This document shows, one piece after another, positions 53,492 through 63,409 of a stretch of 64,000 nucleotides of DNA (position 1 is the stretch's first letter; each line of letters starts with the position of its first letter). The notes below the pieces were generated by a model. It was not told where the DNA came from. It saw nothing but the letters and a program-made list of their open reading frames with translations, and searched no databases. The stretch is from the NCBI GenBank assembly GCA_947259175.1, contig CAMYKW010000004.1:79403-143402 (forward strand), read 5' to 3'. Source of the DNA: an uncultured Gammaproteobacteria bacterium. GTDB taxonomy: Bacteria; Pseudomonadota; Gammaproteobacteria; Arenicellales; JAANXG01. Position numbers and translations under genes: made by a program.

Positions 53492-53505
53492 TTCAATTAA
53501 TTGAC
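53492..53505. promoter_or_regulatory. Palindromic FleQ-box-like operator/UAS
   Basis: TTCAATTAATTGAC has a perfect 12-bp palindromic core TCAATTAATTGA. It matches 12 of 14 positions of the P. aeruginosa FleQ consensus GTCaNTAAAtTGAC as I recall it. Confidence 0.4.
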
Positions 53506-53681
53506 GACAAAAATTCTGGTTCCGGTTCTACGCAAAGGGGGAGGCGCTTGTCGCTAATTCACGCAAGACTCATTGGGTCGCGGATACGCTGGTAATTGTG
53601 ATTGCGCGGCCGCAAAGACGATCCGTTAACGGCCCGCAGGCTCGCGGCGCGGCGTCGGCGGTTTAGGACGAGGCGAGTGCG

Positions 53682-54968
53682 ATGACTGAGCGCGGTATTG
53701 TCATTGTTGAAGGTGACAGCGAACAACGAAAACAGATTGAATGCCTGCTTGCGGCGATCAGTGAACGGATCGTGGCCACCGACTTTGACCATTTACGCCG
53801 TATTACGGATCAGGATCAGGGCAAATCCCCGCTGTGGGCGGAGGTTCAGGGGTTGATTAGGGCCTCCAGGCAGCAGGCCGGGCCATCGAAAACGGACTGC
53901 TCCGCCAAGGATCAGCGATCCCCGGAATTGTTTCGCTGTCTGGTGGGTTCCAGCCCCGGTCTGATGCGGGTCAAGAAGGCGATCATGCAAGTGGCGGACT
54001 CCGACACCAACGTGATGTTGCTCGGCGAATCAGGTACCGGTAAGGAGGTGGTCGCACGCAACATTCATTATCACTCCCGGCGCCGGGGAAAGCCGTTCGT
54101 CCCTATCAATTGCGGGGCAATTCCCGCTGAGTTGCTGGAAAGCGAATTGTTCGGCCACGAAAAAGGTGCGTTCACCGGCGCGATCTCCAGCCGCCGCGGA
54201 CGGTTCGAAATGGCGCAGGGCGGCACTTTATTCCTGGACGAGATCGGGGACATGCCCACCGCGATGCAGGTTAAACTGCTGCGCGTTCTGCAGGAACGCA
54301 ACTTCGAACGCGTGGGAAGTGAAAAAACCGTTCAGTCGAACGTTCGCATCATCGCCGCCACGCATCGCGATTTGGAGAGCCAAATCGAAGCGGGAAACTT
54401 TCGCGAGGATCTTTACTACCGGTTATGCGTGTTTCCTATCAACATTCCACCGCTGCGGGAACGTATCGAGGATTTGTCCGCATTGATCGAGTGCGTGCTC
54501 GATCGTTTGAAGAACGAAAGACAGGCGAAGATCAGCTTGACCAAGGGCGCAACGACTATCCTGCGCCGCTATGCCTGGCCCGGCAACGTACGCGAATTGG
54601 CCAATCTCATCGAGCGTTTGTTGATCATGTATCCCAACCAACGCGTAGATATTGCGGACCTGCCCGAACGCTACCGGCGAAACGTCGAAATCGAGGAGAT
54701 GGAATTCGATCCCCCGGCGGACGCCGGAGGTCAGCAGACGTCGACTGCCACACTGCCCGCCGGCGGAATCGATCTCAAACAGCACCTCTCCGACGTCGAG
54801 CGATCACTGATTGAACAGGCGTTGCTTCAAGCCGACGGCGTGGTGGCGCGGGCCGCGGAAATTCTTAAAACGCGGCGCACGACTCTGGTGGAAAAGATCC
54901 GCAAATACAAACTCGAAACGACCCCGCCGCGACGGGAATTTGACGGCTGCGAGGCCGTTAATTCCTAA
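53682..54968 (+). CDS. fleQ: sigma-54-dependent flagellar master regulator FleQ/FlrA-type (short N-terminal domain)
   Basis: The AAA+ core is close to my recollection of Pseudomonas FleQ ([66 protein letters not shown]). C-terminal [23 protein letters not shown]. An in-frame stop at 53664 excludes a longer N-terminus. Confidence 0.88.
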   Translation: MTERGIVIVEGDSEQRKQIECLLAAISERIVATDFDHLRRITDQDQGKSPLWAEVQGLIRASRQQAGPSKTDCSAKDQRSPELFRCLVGSSPGLMRVKKAIMQVADSDTNVMLLGESGTGKEVVARNIHYHSRRRGKPFVPINCGAIPAELLESELFGHEKGAFTGAISSRRGRFEMAQGGTLFLDEIGDMPTAMQVKLLRVLQERNFERVGSEKTVQSNVRIIAATHRDLESQIEAGNFREDLYYRLCVFPINIPPLRERIEDLSALIECVLDRLKNERQAKISLTKGATTILRRYAWPGNVRELANLIERLLIMYPNQRVDIADLPERYRRNVEIEEMEFDPPADAGGQQTSTATLPAGGIDLKQHLSDVERSLIEQALLQADGVVARAAEILKTRRTTLVEKIRKYKLETTPPRREFDGCEAVNS

Positions 54969-54996
54969 CCCGCTGTTCTTATTGCGATTTCATATT

Positions 54997-55012
54997 CGGC
55001 ATTGTTTTTGCT
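54997..55012 (+). promoter_or_regulatory. sigma-54 promoter for fleS-fleR
   Basis: CGGCAT-TGTTT-TTGCT, located between the fleQ stop and fleS. Confidence 0.6.
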
Positions 55013-55028
55013 TTGCTAACGCTAGGGG

Positions 55029-56345
55029 GTGCGATCATGCGCCGCTAGCACCAACCGTCGCGGCCTCAATCGTGCTTCGGCAGGTTGGTCCGGGATCCGA
55101 TATGACACAGTGCAACGAATCAGGGTGGACAAACAGCAAACCGTGAAGCACGGCGTTTCGCAAAGCACACAGCGTCTGGAGCGGGCATTCGCTACATTCA
55201 ACAACGCGTCGCACGCGTTGGCTGACAGTTACTCGCAGTTGATGACCCAACTGGCCAGGCTGGAGAACAGGGCGGGGGGTGATGCCGATGGTGAACAGCG
55301 CGATGCATCGGTGCACGCCGGATTGGCTTTGTGGCTATCCAATCTGGTCAATGCGCTGCCAATCGCATTGGTGGTGGTCGGGGGCGATGGTTACGTGCAA
55401 CTCGCCAATCCCATCGCCGAACACTGGCTTGGTCCGGATCTGAGCGGCCAGCCGTGGCGGGATCTGTTGCGCCGGAATTTTCGCACCCTCGATGTCGAAG
55501 ATCCGGATATTTACCTGGCAGATGGACGCATCGTCAACATCTCCACTTGCCCCCTTGGAGGTGAACCGGGACAGATTGTCCTGATACAGGATGTGACGGA
55601 AAACCGGCAACTACAGGAACGGATCAGTCGTTATCAGCGATTGTCCGCGATGGGGGATATGGCGGCGCGCTTGGCGCATCAGATTCGTACCCCGTTATCC
55701 GCGGTGATGCTGTATTTGTCACAACTATCGGGACAGGGTGAAGTTGCTGATCCTCCGGGACTTATCCGCAAGAGCCTGGATCGTCTGCATTATCTGAATC
55801 AGATCCTGGATGACATGCTGTTGTTTTCCAGGGGCGGCACACAGACCACCGAAAATATCCGGGTTGGCGATCTGTTCACGGACATCGTCAAACATTGCAA
55901 AACACTTGCAAGCAAGTATGAGTGTCGGATAACGGTTCAGGATGACGCAACCGGTGCGGTGATCCGAGGAAACCGAACGCTCCTCGTTAGTATGTTTGAG
56001 AATGTAATCAATAATGCCGCACAAGCCTGTGGCGCCGGCGGCGTACTTGAATTGAACAGCCGCAATGACGGCGCGCATCACGTGATTCTCTCGTTGGCGG
56101 ACAATGGTCCCGGAATCCCGCAACAGGCCAGGCGACAGGTGTTTGAGCCTTTTTATACCACGCGTGCCGGGGGTACCGGGTTGGGATTGGCCATTGTGCA
56201 GGCCATTGCGCAGGATCATCGCGCGGATGTCGATCTCGACAGCGTCCCCGGCGACGGCACGACCATTCATTTCCGGTTTCCCCGCTGCGCGCCGCATGCC
56301 GGTGAGGTTGCGGGGTTGGAGGACGGCCGCTGTGCCGGCGCGTGA
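55029..56345 (+). CDS. fleS: Flagellar two-component sensor kinase FleS/FlrB-type
   Basis: PAS-like region, H-box MAARLAHQIRTPLSAV, and N/G boxes NVINNAAQA, DNGPGIP and GGTGLGLAIV. The start is uncertain: there is no in-frame ATG, and the GTG candidates are 55029, 55122 and 55143. Confidence 0.85.
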   Translation: MRSCAASTNRRGLNRASAGWSGIRYDTVQRIRVDKQQTVKHGVSQSTQRLERAFATFNNASHALADSYSQLMTQLARLENRAGGDADGEQRDASVHAGLALWLSNLVNALPIALVVVGGDGYVQLANPIAEHWLGPDLSGQPWRDLLRRNFRTLDVEDPDIYLADGRIVNISTCPLGGEPGQIVLIQDVTENRQLQERISRYQRLSAMGDMAARLAHQIRTPLSAVMLYLSQLSGQGEVADPPGLIRKSLDRLHYLNQILDDMLLFSRGGTQTTENIRVGDLFTDIVKHCKTLASKYECRITVQDDATGAVIRGNRTLLVSMFENVINNAAQACGAGGVLELNSRNDGAHHVILSLADNGPGIPQQARRQVFEPFYTTRAGGTGLGLAIVQAIAQDHRADVDLDSVPGDGTTIHFRFPRCAPHAGEVAGLEDGRCAGA

Positions 56346-56370
56346 AATTGACAGCGATACAGGCGCCCCT

Positions 56371-57720
56371 ATGAGCGAATCGAAAATTATGATTGTCGAG
56401 GACGACGCGGATCTGCGCGAAGCGCTGTGTGACACCCTGGACATGGCCGGATTTAATGTCGTTGCCGCCGCGGACGGACCCGCGGCGTTGCGCATCATGG
56501 ACCAGCAAGCGCTGCGAATGGTCATCAGCGACATCAAGATGGAGCCCATGGATGGGCATCACTTGCTTGCCGAAATCCGCCGCCGCGCGCAGCTGCCGGT
56601 GTTGCTGATGACGGCGTTTGGAGACATCCAACAGGCGGTGCGCGCGATGCAGGAGGGAGCGGTCGACTATTTGGTCAAACCGTTCGAGGTCGACGTGCTC
56701 ATCAGCAGCATCAACCGTTACCTCCACACCGGCAACACCGATGCCGGCGATGCGATCGCGGAAGATGACGGCAGCAAGCGTTTGTTGGCCTTGGCCGATA
56801 GGGTGGCTGACAGTGAGGCGACGGTGTTGATCACCGGAGACAGCGGCACCGGCAAGGAAGTGCTGGCACAGTATATTCACCAGCGCTCGGCGAGAAAGGA
56901 TGGTCCTTTCGTGGCCGTCAATTGCGCCGCGATCCCGGAAACCATGCTGGAGGCTACCTTGTTCGGTTACCAGAAGGGTGCGTTCACCGGGGCCTATCAG
57001 ACCAGTCCAGGGAAATTTGAGCGCGCCCAGGGTGGCACGCTGCTTTTGGATGAGATCTCGGAGATGGACCTGGGATTGCAGGCGAAGTTGCTGCGCGTGC
57101 TCCAGGAGCGTGAGGTGGAACGCCTGGGTGGCGCGCGGGTGATCGCGCTCGACGTCCGTGTGCTGGCGACTTCCAATCGCTCGTTGCCCGTGGAAGTCGA
57201 GAACGGTCGCTTTCGGGAAGACCTGTACTACCGCCTGAATGTGTTTCCGCTGCATTTGCCGCCACTGCGCGATCGACCCGGGGATATCCTGCCGCTGGCG
57301 AAATATTTCCTGACGCGCCACGCGCAGGCCACGGGGCAGGTGGCTACACCCGAGCTGTCCGAAGCCGCCGCGCGGCGACTACTCACGGCTTACTGGCCGG
57401 GAAATGTGCGCGAGCTGGAGAATCTCATGCACCGCGCATTGATACTTTCCAATCGCCGCTGCATCGAGCCCGGCGATCTGCAGGCTGAATTTGGCGCGGA
57501 CCCTGTGCTCGGGCGCGAGCGCGGCGTCGACAACGACGCGTCACCGGAAAGTCTCGACGATTACCTGAAATCCCACGAGGAGGCGCGCATTATGGAGACC
57601 TTGAAATCGGTAAACGGCAGCCGGGACGAGGCGGCCAAGCGCCTGGGTATCAGCGCGCGCACCTTGCGCTACAAGCTTGCGAAGATGCGCGCGGCGGGTG
57701 TGCCGTTAGCCACCAGTTGA
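56371..57720 (+). CDS. fleR: sigma-54-dependent response regulator FleR/FlrC-type
   Basis: REC (IMIVEDD, VISDIKMEPMDG, LVKPF) plus AAA+ (GDSGTGKE, GAFTGA, GGTLLLDEI) plus HTH AAKRLGISARTLRYKL. The ATG at 56371 is preferred over the ORF-track start at 56104. Confidence 0.92.
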   Translation: MSESKIMIVEDDADLREALCDTLDMAGFNVVAAADGPAALRIMDQQALRMVISDIKMEPMDGHHLLAEIRRRAQLPVLLMTAFGDIQQAVRAMQEGAVDYLVKPFEVDVLISSINRYLHTGNTDAGDAIAEDDGSKRLLALADRVADSEATVLITGDSGTGKEVLAQYIHQRSARKDGPFVAVNCAAIPETMLEATLFGYQKGAFTGAYQTSPGKFERAQGGTLLLDEISEMDLGLQAKLLRVLQEREVERLGGARVIALDVRVLATSNRSLPVEVENGRFREDLYYRLNVFPLHLPPLRDRPGDILPLAKYFLTRHAQATGQVATPELSEAAARRLLTAYWPGNVRELENLMHRALILSNRRCIEPGDLQAEFGADPVLGRERGVDNDASPESLDDYLKSHEEARIMETLKSVNGSRDEAAKRLGISARTLRYKLAKMRAAGVPLATS

Positions 57721-57745
57721 AGTCAAACGATTCGCGAGGTGAAAA

Positions 57746-58066
57746 ATGTCGGACATCGATGTATCAAGCTTGCTCACCCAGATGCGGACGATGGCCGCAG
57801 CCGCCCACAACGGTTCCGCCACACCGGCCGGTGCGGCGGATTCCGGAGAGTTCGCCAAGCTGTTGAATCAAGCGATCGATCAAGTGAACAACACGCAAAA
57901 AGCGGCGGCCAACATGGCCACTGCTTTTGAGTTGGGAGATGAGCGCGTCGATATGGCGGAACTCATGGTCGCGCTGCAAAAGGCGAACGTTTCTTTTCAG
58001 GCCATGCTCCAGGTGCGAAACAAGCTGGTTTCGGCGTACCAGGAAATAATGAGCATGCAAATCTAG
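57746..58066 (+). CDS. fliE: Flagellar hook-basal body protein FliE
   Basis: 106 aa reading FAKLLNQAIDQVNNTQKAA..MVALQKANVSFQAMLQVRNKLVSAYQEIMSMQI. Confidence 0.92.
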   Translation: MSDIDVSSLLTQMRTMAAAAHNGSATPAGAADSGEFAKLLNQAIDQVNNTQKAAANMATAFELGDERVDMAELMVALQKANVSFQAMLQVRNKLVSAYQEIMSMQI

Positions 58067-58139
58067 ATGACAATCACATATCCAATCGACTGCGATTACG
58101 GAGGGCGGAAGATCGTACAAGGTCTCCGATTGAATCACG

Positions 58140-59798
58140 ATGGCACAAGTAACACCTGAAATTGTCACGGTCCCGGCTCGGGGATTCGCGCAATTACCCG
58201 CGTTGCGACAGATCGGAATGATGGCGGGGCTGGCCGCGAGCGTGGCGCTCGGATTCTGGATAGTGTTGTGGTCGCGCACGCCATCCTACCAACCCCTGTA
58301 CGGGAGTTTGTCCCAGCAGGAGGCGGGGGAGGTCATCGAGGTGCTGCAAACAGCCGACATTCCATATCGGGTCGATGAATTGTCCGGTAGCGTGATGGTT
58401 CCGGGAGCGGTGGTGCACAGCGCGCGTATCAAGCTGGCCACGGAGGGTCTGCCGCGCGGATCCGCGACCGGATTTGAATTAATGGAAAAATCCAACGGTT
58501 TCGGCGCCAGCCAGTTCATGGAATCGGCCCGTTATCAGCGCGCTATCGAGGGCGAACTTGCGCGGTCCATCGCGAGTTTGCAGAATGTAAAAACGGCCCG
58601 CGTCCATCTGGCGATTCCCAAGCAGTCTTCATTCGTGCGCGCGCGCAGGAGCCCGAGCGCGTCGGTGGTCATCAGCTTTTACGCGGGGCGGCAGTTGAAC
58701 GATGAACAGCTGGCCGGCGTTGTGCACTTGGTCAGTTCCAGTATTCCCGAGCTCAGTCCGGACCGCGTTTCGGTCATCGACCAGCGGGGGCGCCTGTTGA
58801 CCGCGGCGGACGGGAACAAGGCGCTCGGGCTCAATCATAACCAGCTGTCCTACGCCCACCGACTGGAACAGAGCTATGTTTCACGTATCGAAAACATTCT
58901 CGCGCCCATCGTAGGAGTCGGCGGCGTGCGCGCCCAGGTGGTTGCGGATATCGATTTCACAGTCACCGAAAAGACCTCGGAGACGTTTGATCCTAAAAAG
59001 CGCCAGGTCAGAAGTGAGGCGATCCAAAAAGAGGAACGCATCGGCATGGATCTGGCCATGGGCGTACCCGGGGCGTTGAGTAATCAACCGCCGCCCGCGG
59101 GAGTCGCCGCCGGCGCGGATGTCGCGGCGGACGCCTCTTCGGAGAACGCGGATGGGTCGGCGAGCGGCGGCGGCGCGGCGGTGGAAAGGCCCAAGAGCAG
59201 CAGCGAGCGCGCCACCCACAACTACGAGCTCGATAAGACCATCAGTCACGTAAGAATGTCCAGCGGTGAGATCCGGCGCCTGTCCGTGGCAGTGGTGATT
59301 GATGACCGATCTCAGGACAACAAAACGAAGCCACAGGCGGGCGCCTCGAACATGGAGCGCTTGACCGAACTGGTGAAGCAGGCGGTCGGTTTCAATGAAG
59401 CGCGCGGCGATGCTGTATCCCTGGTGAGCATTCCGTTTACCACCCCGGACACCCCCGAACCGCTGCCGGATACCCCGTTGTGGGAGCGTACCTGGTTGAT
59501 GGATCTGGTCAAGCACCTGATCGCCGCAGCGGCGGTATTGGCGCTCATATTCTTCGTGTTGCGGCCGACCATGCGCCAACTGGCGGCGCGTGGCGGCCAA
59601 CTTCAGGTATTGCCCGGACAGGGCGGTGCGCAGGGCGAGGCCGCCGGCGGGCAGTTGTCCGGGCCCATGGGATTGCTCGGCCAGTCCGCGGGCGCGGGCA
59701 ATTATGAACAGGACATCGAATCGGCCAGGACGATGGTGGCCAAAGATCCGCAGCGTGTGGCGCAGGTGGTCAAAGTCTGGGTAGGTGAAGATGGTTGA
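58140..59798 (+). CDS. fliF: Flagellar MS-ring protein FliF
   Basis: 552 aa. N-terminal TM, YscJ/FliF core (LYGSLSQQEAGEVIEVLQ, ARVHLAIPKQSSF), second TM, and C-terminal VAQVVKVWVGED. Confidence 0.93.
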   Translation: MAQVTPEIVTVPARGFAQLPALRQIGMMAGLAASVALGFWIVLWSRTPSYQPLYGSLSQQEAGEVIEVLQTADIPYRVDELSGSVMVPGAVVHSARIKLATEGLPRGSATGFELMEKSNGFGASQFMESARYQRAIEGELARSIASLQNVKTARVHLAIPKQSSFVRARRSPSASVVISFYAGRQLNDEQLAGVVHLVSSSIPELSPDRVSVIDQRGRLLTAADGNKALGLNHNQLSYAHRLEQSYVSRIENILAPIVGVGGVRAQVVADIDFTVTEKTSETFDPKKRQVRSEAIQKEERIGMDLAMGVPGALSNQPPPAGVAAGADVAADASSENADGSASGGGAAVERPKSSSERATHNYELDKTISHVRMSSGEIRRLSVAVVIDDRSQDNKTKPQAGASNMERLTELVKQAVGFNEARGDAVSLVSIPFTTPDTPEPLPDTPLWERTWLMDLVKHLIAAAAVLALIFFVLRPTMRQLAARGGQLQVLPGQGGAQGEAAGGQLSGPMGLLGQSAGAGNYEQDIESARTMVAKDPQRVAQVVKVWVGEDG

Positions 59799-60801
59799 CG
59801 CCGCGACGGAAACCGGTGTCCGTCGCGCCGCCATCTTGTTGCGCGCGATCGGCGAGGAACACGCCTCCAAGGTACTTCAACACATGGGCGTCAAGGAGGT
59901 GCAGATGATCAGTAAGGCGATGGTGGAGCTCGAATCCATTGCCCCGGAGAATGTAACAAACGTGTTGGGAAATCTGCAGGAGAGCCTGGTTGGTCACACC
60001 GCGTTGGGTATCGGCACGGATTCCTACATCAAGCGGGTGCTGGAAAACGCCCTCGGTCCGGAGCGCGCCAAAGGTCTGCTGGAAAATGTGCTCGACAATA
60101 AGGTCAACAGCATAGAAGAACTCAACGTGCTGGATCCCGAATCCATTGCCGACCTGTTACGCAACGAGCACCCGCAGATCATCGCCTTGGTCCTCAGTTC
60201 GCTGGACAGCGCCCAGGCGGCGAGGGTGCTGAGCGAACTTCCCGAAGACGTGCGCGGCGACGTATTCGTACGCATCGCCAAACTCGAGACCGTGCAACCC
60301 GGAGCACTCGAGCAGCTCAAACGCAGCCTGTTGGCGCATTTCAAGGGCCAGGCGTCTTCAAAATTCAAAAAATCCCACGTCGGCGGCGCTAAATGTGCCG
60401 CCGACGTTTTGAACGAGCTGTCACCCGGTCAGCAGGACGAAATACAGGAAACGATCCGCGCAATCGACCAGGAGCTTGCGCAATCCGTGGAAGACCTCAT
60501 GTTTACGTTCGAAAATCTAAACGATGTGGATGACCGCGGCATGCAGACTTTGTTGCGCGAAATCGAAATGGATCAACTGGTCATCGCCCTTAAGGGCGCA
60601 TCGGATAAATTGAAACAAAAGATATACAAAAACATGTCGCGGCGCGCCGCGGAGCTGTTGAAGGACGATCTGGAAGCCAAGGGTCCGGTGAAACTGAGTG
60701 ACGTGGAGGCGGCGCAGAAAGCGATTATCACCCAGGCGCGGCAAATGGCTGAGGACGGAACGATCATGATGAGTGGCCGCGGTGGCGAAACCTATGTCTA
60801 A
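59785..60801 (+). CDS. fliG: Flagellar motor switch protein FliG
   Basis: RRAAILLRAIGEEHASKVLQHM..MSRRAAELLKDDLEAKGPVKLSDVEAAQKAII. The start is the GTG at 59785 or the ATG at 59791. Confidence 0.93.
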   Translation: MKMVDAATETGVRRAAILLRAIGEEHASKVLQHMGVKEVQMISKAMVELESIAPENVTNVLGNLQESLVGHTALGIGTDSYIKRVLENALGPERAKGLLENVLDNKVNSIEELNVLDPESIADLLRNEHPQIIALVLSSLDSAQAARVLSELPEDVRGDVFVRIAKLETVQPGALEQLKRSLLAHFKGQASSKFKKSHVGGAKCAADVLNELSPGQQDEIQETIRAIDQELAQSVEDLMFTFENLNDVDDRGMQTLLREIEMDQLVIALKGASDKLKQKIYKNMSRRAAELLKDDLEAKGPVKLSDVEAAQKAIITQARQMAEDGTIMMSGRGGETYV

Positions 60802-61426
60802 GATCATCGACGGAAACAGTTTGGCGGAATACGAACCGTGGAACGCGCCGCAGGTGGACGATGTGTCTGCAGTGAACCGATCCGCTGACGGCGCCGCGCG
60901 TGTTACGGTTCGTGATATAGAGGAGATACAACAGCGCGCCTACGAAGATGGCTTTAGCCGCGGTCATCAAGAGGGTTTGTGCGCGGCAAGAGAAGAGGTG
61001 CGGCATCTCGGTCTGGTCCTGACACGGTTGCAAGAGCCGCTCGCTGACATGGACGAACAAGTGTTGCAGGAACTCGTGAGTCTGGTGAAATCGACGACGC
61101 GACAACTCGTTCGCCGGGAGATAAGGATCGCCCCGGAGGGGATCGTCGCGATTCTGCGCGAGGCGATCAACGTGCTGCCCAGCAGTGCGCGGGAAATTGA
61201 AATCCACATGCATCCGGATGACGTCAAGCTGGTGCGCAACATCTTGTCCATTGATGACGATCATCCCACCTGGACGTTGACCGAAGACCCGGTTCTGACG
61301 CAAGGCGACTGCCGGGTGGTCACGGAAAACTCTCAAATTGACGCTACCCTTGAGGGGCGGTTGAACGCGGTAATTTCCGCTTTACTGGGCGGGGAGCGTG
61401 ATGACGACGAAGATATCGTACCCTGA
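60794..61426 (+). CDS. fliH: Flagellar export apparatus protein FliH
   Basis: The ATG at 60794 overlaps the fliG stop. FliH-like region [32 protein letters not shown]. Confidence 0.85.
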   Translation: MSKIIDGNSLAEYEPWNAPQVDDVSAVNRSADGAARVTVRDIEEIQQRAYEDGFSRGHQEGLCAAREEVRHLGLVLTRLQEPLADMDEQVLQELVSLVKSTTRQLVRREIRIAPEGIVAILREAINVLPSSAREIEIHMHPDDVKLVRNILSIDDDHPTWTLTEDPVLTQGDCRVVTENSQIDATLEGRLNAVISALLGGERDDDEDIVP

Positions 61427-62771
61427 CCCCGACCGTGGTCCGATCTGGGCGCGGCGCTTGCGCGGCATGCGCCGGGGCCTGAATAAGGCGCGGCCGCTGG
61501 TGGTGGAGGGGAAGCTCACGCGCATCGTAGGTTTAACCCTGGAGGCGGTCGGATGCCGCGCCGCGGTGGGCGCACGCTGTATCGTGTCCGGCAACCGCGA
61601 CACCCGGGTAGACTCCGAAGTAGTCGGTTTCGCCGGTGAAAAACTCTATCTCATGCCGACGGGCAATATCCGCGGGCTCGCCCCGGGCGCGCGGGTGACG
61701 CCCACCGGCGAGGACACCCGGGTGTCGGTCGGGCCGGGATTACTCGGACGCGTCATCGACGGCGCCGGGCAGCCTCTGGACGGAAAAGCTCCGGTGCATG
61801 GCGTAACCCGGGTTCCGCTGCACGGCCACACCACCAACCCCCTGCAGCGCGCATTGATCACCGAGCAGCTCGACGTCGGGGTGCGGGCGATCAACTCATT
61901 GCTTACCATAGGTCGCGGCCAACGCGCCGGCATATTCGCGGCCAGCGGCGCCGGCAAGAGCGTGCTGTTGGGCATGATGACGCGGTTCACGGAAGCCGAC
62001 GTAATCGTCGTGGGGCTCATCGGCGAGCGCAGCCGCGAGGTGAAGGAATTCATCGAGAACAATCTCGGGCGCGAGGGTCTGTCCCGCGCCATCGTGGTCG
62101 CCACCCCGGCGGACCGTCCGCCGTTGCTGCGCCAGCACGGCGCGATGCTGGCGACCGCGATCGCCGAGTATTTTCGTGACCAGGGCAAGCATGTGTTGCT
62201 GCTCATGGATTCCTTGACCCGGTACGCGCAGGCGCAACGCGAAATCGCCCTGGCGGTGGGTGAACCGCCGGCGACGCGCGGTTTTCCGCCGTCGGTGTTT
62301 GCCAATATTCCGCTGCTGGTGGAGCGCGCCGGGACCGGACCGCAGGACTCGGGCACCATCACCGCTTTCTACACCGTGCTCACCGAAGGTGACGGCGAAT
62401 ACGACCCGTTGGCCGAGTGCGCGCGGGCGGTGCTCGATGCGCACATCGTGTTGTCCCCCCGGCTCGCCGAGTCGGGACATTATCCCGCGATAGACATCGA
62501 GGCATCGATCAGCCGCATCATGACCGAAATCGTATCGACGGAGCATCTCGATGCGGTGCGCCGGTTCCGACAACTGTACTCGATGTACGAGCAGAACCGG
62601 GATCTGATCAATGTCGGTGCTTATGCGCGGGGCAGCGATCCGCGGGTCGATGAGGCGATCAGCTATCACCCGCGGCTCACCGGTTTTCTGCAACAGAACA
62701 TGCGCGAGGCGGTCAATATGGCCGACAGCATCGAAACGCTGCTGGCGACCCTTAAAACGAGGGCTAAATGA
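61401..62771 (+). CDS. fliI: Flagellum-specific ATPase FliI
   Basis: Walker [18 protein letters not shown], Walker [15 protein letters not shown], and [12 protein letters not shown]. Confidence 0.95.
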   Translation: MTTKISYPDPDRGPIWARRLRGMRRGLNKARPLVVEGKLTRIVGLTLEAVGCRAAVGARCIVSGNRDTRVDSEVVGFAGEKLYLMPTGNIRGLAPGARVTPTGEDTRVSVGPGLLGRVIDGAGQPLDGKAPVHGVTRVPLHGHTTNPLQRALITEQLDVGVRAINSLLTIGRGQRAGIFAASGAGKSVLLGMMTRFTEADVIVVGLIGERSREVKEFIENNLGREGLSRAIVVATPADRPPLLRQHGAMLATAIAEYFRDQGKHVLLLMDSLTRYAQAQREIALAVGEPPATRGFPPSVFANIPLLVERAGTGPQDSGTITAFYTVLTEGDGEYDPLAECARAVLDAHIVLSPRLAESGHYPAIDIEASISRIMTEIVSTEHLDAVRRFRQLYSMYEQNRDLINVGAYARGSDPRVDEAISYHPRLTGFLQQNMREAVNMADSIETLLATLKTRAK

Positions 62772-63232
62772 AAAAAAGTAAACGTCTGACGAAGATTCTT
62801 GATCTGGCGGTGGACGATGAGAACGACGCCGCCCGGGCGCTCGCCGAGAGCCGGCAGCAACTCGACACCGGCAGGGCGCAGCTCGACGAACTGCGCGCCT
62901 TGCACGACGAATACGCGGAGCTGATCAGGGTACAGGGCGAGAACGGGATCCATGCCGGAAAACTCAGGCACCGATGGGCGTTTGTCAATCGACTGGCGAC
63001 GGCGGTCAGCCAGCAGCTGCAGTCGGTCAACCAGTCGCAACGCTTGGTTGACTCCAAGCGCGACGAGTGGACAAAACGCCGCGCCCGGTCCCGCGCGATG
63101 GCGGAGCTCGTGGATCGCCACCGCCACCGGGAAAGGCGTGACGAAGCCCGCAAGCTGGAAATCGATGTCGAGGATCCGCTGAATGGGCGGCGCGGGGATT
63201 CCCGCCACAAGCTTGACAATCCCGAGACGTGA
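62768..63232 (+). CDS. fliJ: Flagellar export chaperone FliJ
   Basis: 154-aa coiled-coil protein with an ATGA overlap with fliI. It reads [28 protein letters not shown]. Confidence 0.85.
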   Translation: MKKSKRLTKILDLAVDDENDAARALAESRQQLDTGRAQLDELRALHDEYAELIRVQGENGIHAGKLRHRWAFVNRLATAVSQQLQSVNQSQRLVDSKRDEWTKRRARSRAMAELVDRHRHRERRDEARKLEIDVEDPLNGRRGDSRHKLDNPET

Positions 63233-63353
63233 ACCGCCGAGCGCTGTAGTGCCGTTATCGGCCCGGCGGGGTGACGTCTCCGCCGCTGCGCCGGTCCGCC
63301 GCTGTCAGCGCCCGGGGCGTCCGCTGGTTCCGGGCTGGTTCCAACCGTCCCCC

Positions 63354-63369
63354 CGGCACGAGTCTTGCA
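63354..63369 (+). promoter_or_regulatory. sigma-54 promoter for fliK
   Basis: CGGCAC-GAGTC-TTGCA, 41 nt upstream of the GTG at 63410. Confidence 0.65.
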
Positions 63370-63409
63370 CGTATATCAGGTATCCAATCACCCCGGGGAG
63401 TCCCTATCA

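Noticed and set aside
53521-53610. Repeated ACGCAAAG / ACGCAAG / CGCAAAG motifs in the fleQ leader, reminiscent of the c-di-GMP-I (GEMM-I) riboswitch core.
   Set aside because: I could not fold the flanks into the two-hairpin GEMM architecture. There is no GNRA tetraloop or receptor, and the only local hairpin has a TTGT loop. A scan with the Rfam c-di-GMP-I covariance model would settle it; a significant hit would overturn this rejection.
55102-55146. A 14-codon upstream ORF (MTQCNESGWTNSKP*) whose TGA overlaps a candidate fleS GTG start (GTGA).
   Set aside because: It is the tail of a spurious 111-aa ORF overlapping fleQ, it has a weak SD and there is no evidence of conservation. It is kept only as a note on the uncertain fleS start.
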